DNA from: Gammaproteobacteria bacterium
GTDB taxonomy: Bacteria > Pseudomonadota > Gammaproteobacteria > Pseudomonadales > JADFDG01
DNA length: 64,000 nt
Reading direction: 5' to 3'
Assembly: GCA_018262975.1 (NCBI GenBank)
Contig: JADFDG010000002.1
Location: 93,523 to 157,522 of the forward strand
A program made the translations under genes and the position numbers. The notes beneath the pieces are model-generated. The model was not told the DNA's origin and did not search any database. It worked only from the letters and a program-made list of their open reading frames with translations. Below, piece by piece: positions 61,529 through 64,000 of the stretch (positions are counted from its first letter, which is position 1; every line of letters starts with the position of its first letter).

Positions 61529-63528
61529 CCGAGCAGGCCTTCAACGGCGGCGACCACCGCCTCGGTGGTGATGCCGAATTCCTTGTACAGCTGCGCGGCC
61601 GGCGCCGATTCACCGAAGGTTTCCATGCCGATGATCTCGCCATCCAGGCCCACGTAGCGGCGCCAGTATTCCTTGATGCCGGCCTCGACGGCCACGCGCG
61701 CGCGCACTGCCTTCGGCAGCACCGACTCGCGGTACGCGGCATCCTGCGCGTCGAACACGTCGGTGCTCGGCAGCGACACCACGCGCACGGCGCGGCCCTT
61801 TTCGGTGAGGATCTTCGCGGCGTTCATCGCCAGCTCCACTTCCGAGCCGGTGGCGATGATGATCGCCTGCGGGTTGGCGACGTCGTTCACCGCGTAGCCG
61901 CCGCGGGCGATGGCGGCGAGTTTCGCCTCGTCGCGCGGGATGTGCGGCAGGTTCTGGCGCGAGAACACCAGCGCGCTCGGGCCGCTCTTGCGCTCGATCG
62001 CCGCTTTCCAGGCCACTGCCGATTCCACCGCGTCGGCCGGGCGCCACACGCTCATGTTCGGCGTCAGGCGCAGGTTGGCCAGCTGTTCCACCGGCTGGTG
62101 GGTCGGGCCGTCTTCACCCAGGCCGATGGAATCGTGCGTGTACACCTGGATGTTGCGCTGCTTCATCAACGCAGCCATGCGCATGGCGTTGCGCGCGTAT
62201 TCCATGAAGATCAGGAAGGTGGCGCCGTAGGGAATGAAACCACCGTGCAGGGCGATGCCGTTGCAGATGGCGGTCATGCCGAACTCGCGCACGCCGTGGT
62301 ACAGGTAGTTGCCGGATGCGTCTTCGCGGCTGATGCCCTTGGCCCCTTTCCAGAGGGTCAGGTTCGAACCGGCGAGGTCGGCCGAGCCGCCGAGCAGTTC
62401 CGGCAGCAGCGGACCGTAGCCGTTGAGCGCGTTCTGCGAGGCCTTGCGGGTGGCGATGGTCTCGCCCTTGGCGGCCACGTCGCGGATGTAGGCGTTGGCC
62501 TTCTCGTTCCAGTCGGCCGGCAGTTCACCGCGCATGCGGCGCACGAACTCGGCGGCCAGTTGCGGGTGCTTCGCGGCGTACGCGTCGAACAGCTTGTTCC
62601 AGGCGGCTTCGCGTTTCGCGCCGGCATCGCGGGCGTTCCACGCGGCGGCGATTTGCGCCGGCACCTCGAACGGCGCATGCGGCCAGCCGAGTTTCTCGCG
62701 CGCACCCTTGATCTCGTCGTCACCCAGCGGCGCGCCGTGGCACTCTTCCTTGCCGGCCTTGGTGGGCGCGCCGAAACCGATGATGGTCTTGCAGCAGATC
62801 AGCGTCGGCTGTTCCTTGTTGGCGCGCGCGGTGTCGATGGCGGTCTTCAGTTCCTGCGCATCGTGGCCGTCCACGTTCGGGATCACCTGCCAGCCGTAGG
62901 CGCGGAAGCGCGCCGGCGTGTCGTCGGTGAACCAGCCGTGCACCTCGCCGTCGATGGAAATGCCGTTGTCGTCGTAGAACACGATGAGTTTGCCAAGGCC
63001 CAGCGTGCCGGCCAGCGAGCAGACTTCGTGCGAGATGCCTTCCATCAGGCAGCCGTCACCGACGAACACGTAGGTGTAGTGGTCAACCACGTCGTGGCCG
63101 TCGCGGTTGAACTGAGCAGCCAGCGTCTTCTCGGCGATCGCCATGCCCACCGCGTTGGCGATGCCCTGGCCCAGCGGGCCGGTGGTGGTCTCGATGCCCG
63201 GCGTGTAGCCGTACTCGGGGTGGCCCGGCGTCTTCGAGTGCAGCTGGCGGAATTTCTTCAGGTCATCGATGGAAACGTCGTAACCGGCCAGGTGCAGCAG
63301 GGAGTACAGCAGCATCGAACCGTGGCCGTTGGACAGCACGAAGCGGTCGCGGTTGGCCCAGTGCGGGTTACCCGGGTTGTGCGACAGGTAGTCGCGCCAC
63401 AGCACCTCGGCGATGTCGGCCATGCCCATGGGCATGCCCGGGTGGCCCGACTTGGCCTTCTGGACCGCGTCCATGCTCAGGGCACGGATGGCGTTGGCAA
63501 GCTCTCGGCGGTTGGGCGTCGAAGGCAT
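61525..63528 (-). CDS. tkt: transketolase
   Basis: [46 protein letters not shown]. 667 aa. Confidence 0.95.
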   Translation of the reverse strand: MPSTPNRRELANAIRALSMDAVQKAKSGHPGMPMGMADIAEVLWRDYLSHNPGNPHWANRDRFVLSNGHGSMLLYSLLHLAGYDVSIDDLKKFRQLHSKTPGHPEYGYTPGIETTTGPLGQGIANAVGMAIAEKTLAAQFNRDGHDVVDHYTYVFVGDGCLMEGISHEVCSLAGTLGLGKLIVFYDDNGISIDGEVHGWFTDDTPARFRAYGWQVIPNVDGHDAQELKTAIDTARANKEQPTLICCKTIIGFGAPTKAGKEECHGAPLGDDEIKGAREKLGWPHAPFEVPAQIAAAWNARDAGAKREAAWNKLFDAYAAKHPQLAAEFVRRMRGELPADWNEKANAYIRDVAAKGETIATRKASQNALNGYGPLLPELLGGSADLAGSNLTLWKGAKGISREDASGNYLYHGVREFGMTAICNGIALHGGFIPYGATFLIFMEYARNAMRMAALMKQRNIQVYTHDSIGLGEDGPTHQPVEQLANLRLTPNMSVWRPADAVESAVAWKAAIERKSGPSALVFSRQNLPHIPRDEAKLAAIARGGYAVNDVANPQAIIIATGSEVELAMNAAKILTEKGRAVRVVSLPSTDVFDAQDAAYRESVLPKAVRARVAVEAGIKEYWRRYVGLDGEIIGMETFGESAPAAQLYKEFGITTEAVVAAVEGLLG

Positions 63529-63755
63529 CGGGGGACTTCCTCTGGGGGGCGGTAAGAAAGGGGCACGGGCCGGGGGGCGCCATTGTCCCCGATGGGTCCC
63601 GGGGCGGCAATGCGAGTCGGTACGGGCGTGACCAGTGAGACTCTTTCCCCACCCCCGGGCCTGCCCCTCTACAATTCCTCCACCCCCGTTTCCCGGTCCG
63701 GGGCGCCCCGGCGCCCGGCCGGCAACGCCCTCCCTCGACCCAGGCCGAACGCACC

Positions 63756-64000
63756 ATGTCAGAGCAGGAAGACAAGCGCGCCCAGCGCCGCGCCGCCGCC
63801 CTCGAGTACCACGAGTTCCCCACCCCCGGGAAAGTGGCGATTACCGCCACCAAGCAACTGGTGAACCAGCACGACCTGTCGCTGGCCTATTCGCCGGGCG
63901 TGGCGGCAGCCTGCGAGGAGATCGTCGCCGACCCGACCAATGCCTTCCGCTACACCTCGCGCGGCAACCTGGTGGCCGTGGTGACCAACGGCACCGCCGT
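63756..64000 (+). CDS. maeB: NADP-dependent malic enzyme, N-terminal part (runs off window)
   Basis: Not in the track because it is open-ended. ATG 63756 gives [56 protein letters not shown]..., the typical MaeB N-terminus. Confidence 0.8.
   Translation, partial: MSEQEDKRAQRRAAALEYHEFPTPGKVAITATKQLVNQHDLSLAYSPGVAAACEEIVADPTNAFRYTSRGNLVAVVTNGTA

Overview
This is a high-GC bacterial chromosome segment. Gene order (tkt-gap-pgk-fba) and the REP type suggest a gammaproteobacterium of the Xanthomonadales type, but that is inference only. The window splits into two parts.

(A) nt 1 to about 22,190 looks like an accessory or defence island that ends at a truncated tRNA-Arg. It contains:
- a partial hypothetical gene and two tandem paralogous GTPases;
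- a DUF4258-Csx16 gene pair and a CARF (Cas_NE0113/Csx14-type) gene;
- a tightly coupled same-strand array (5321-17559), divergent from the CARF gene, encoding a TerY-type vWA protein, a PP2C phosphatase, a Ser/Thr kinase, an Upf1-like SF1 helicase, a protein with a HEPN RNxxxH motif, a coiled-coil McrB-like AAA+ GTPase and a McrC/DUF2357-like partner. As far as I recall, this architecture matches the computationally defined, experimentally untested type III CoCoNuT class. I saw no CRISPR array, cas effector genes or cyclase in the window;
- a visibly lower-GC cassette (about 17.6-21.8 kb) carrying a translationally coupled radical-SAM / PHP phosphoesterase / phosphoribosyltransferase operon. 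I cannot assign it to any described pathway or defence system, and it is my top candidate for an undescribed system.

(B) nt 22.2-64 kb is ordinary core genome: yhiN-type flavoprotein, ftsH paralog, yajD, redox and housekeeping enzymes, a SulP transporter, a D2HGDH-like gene and serA as neighbours, an envelope lipoprotein operon that includes a signal-peptide TPR-CHAT protein, a dGTPase-like gene, an LplT-acyltransferase fusion, fba, pgk, gap, tkt and the start of maeB.

A short REP family with stem covariation occurs six times in part B and never in part A. Everything here is by-eye motif recognition on the supplied ORF translations and raw sequence. No searches or computations were run, so family names are recollections, and start codons were chosen from RBS and overlap context.
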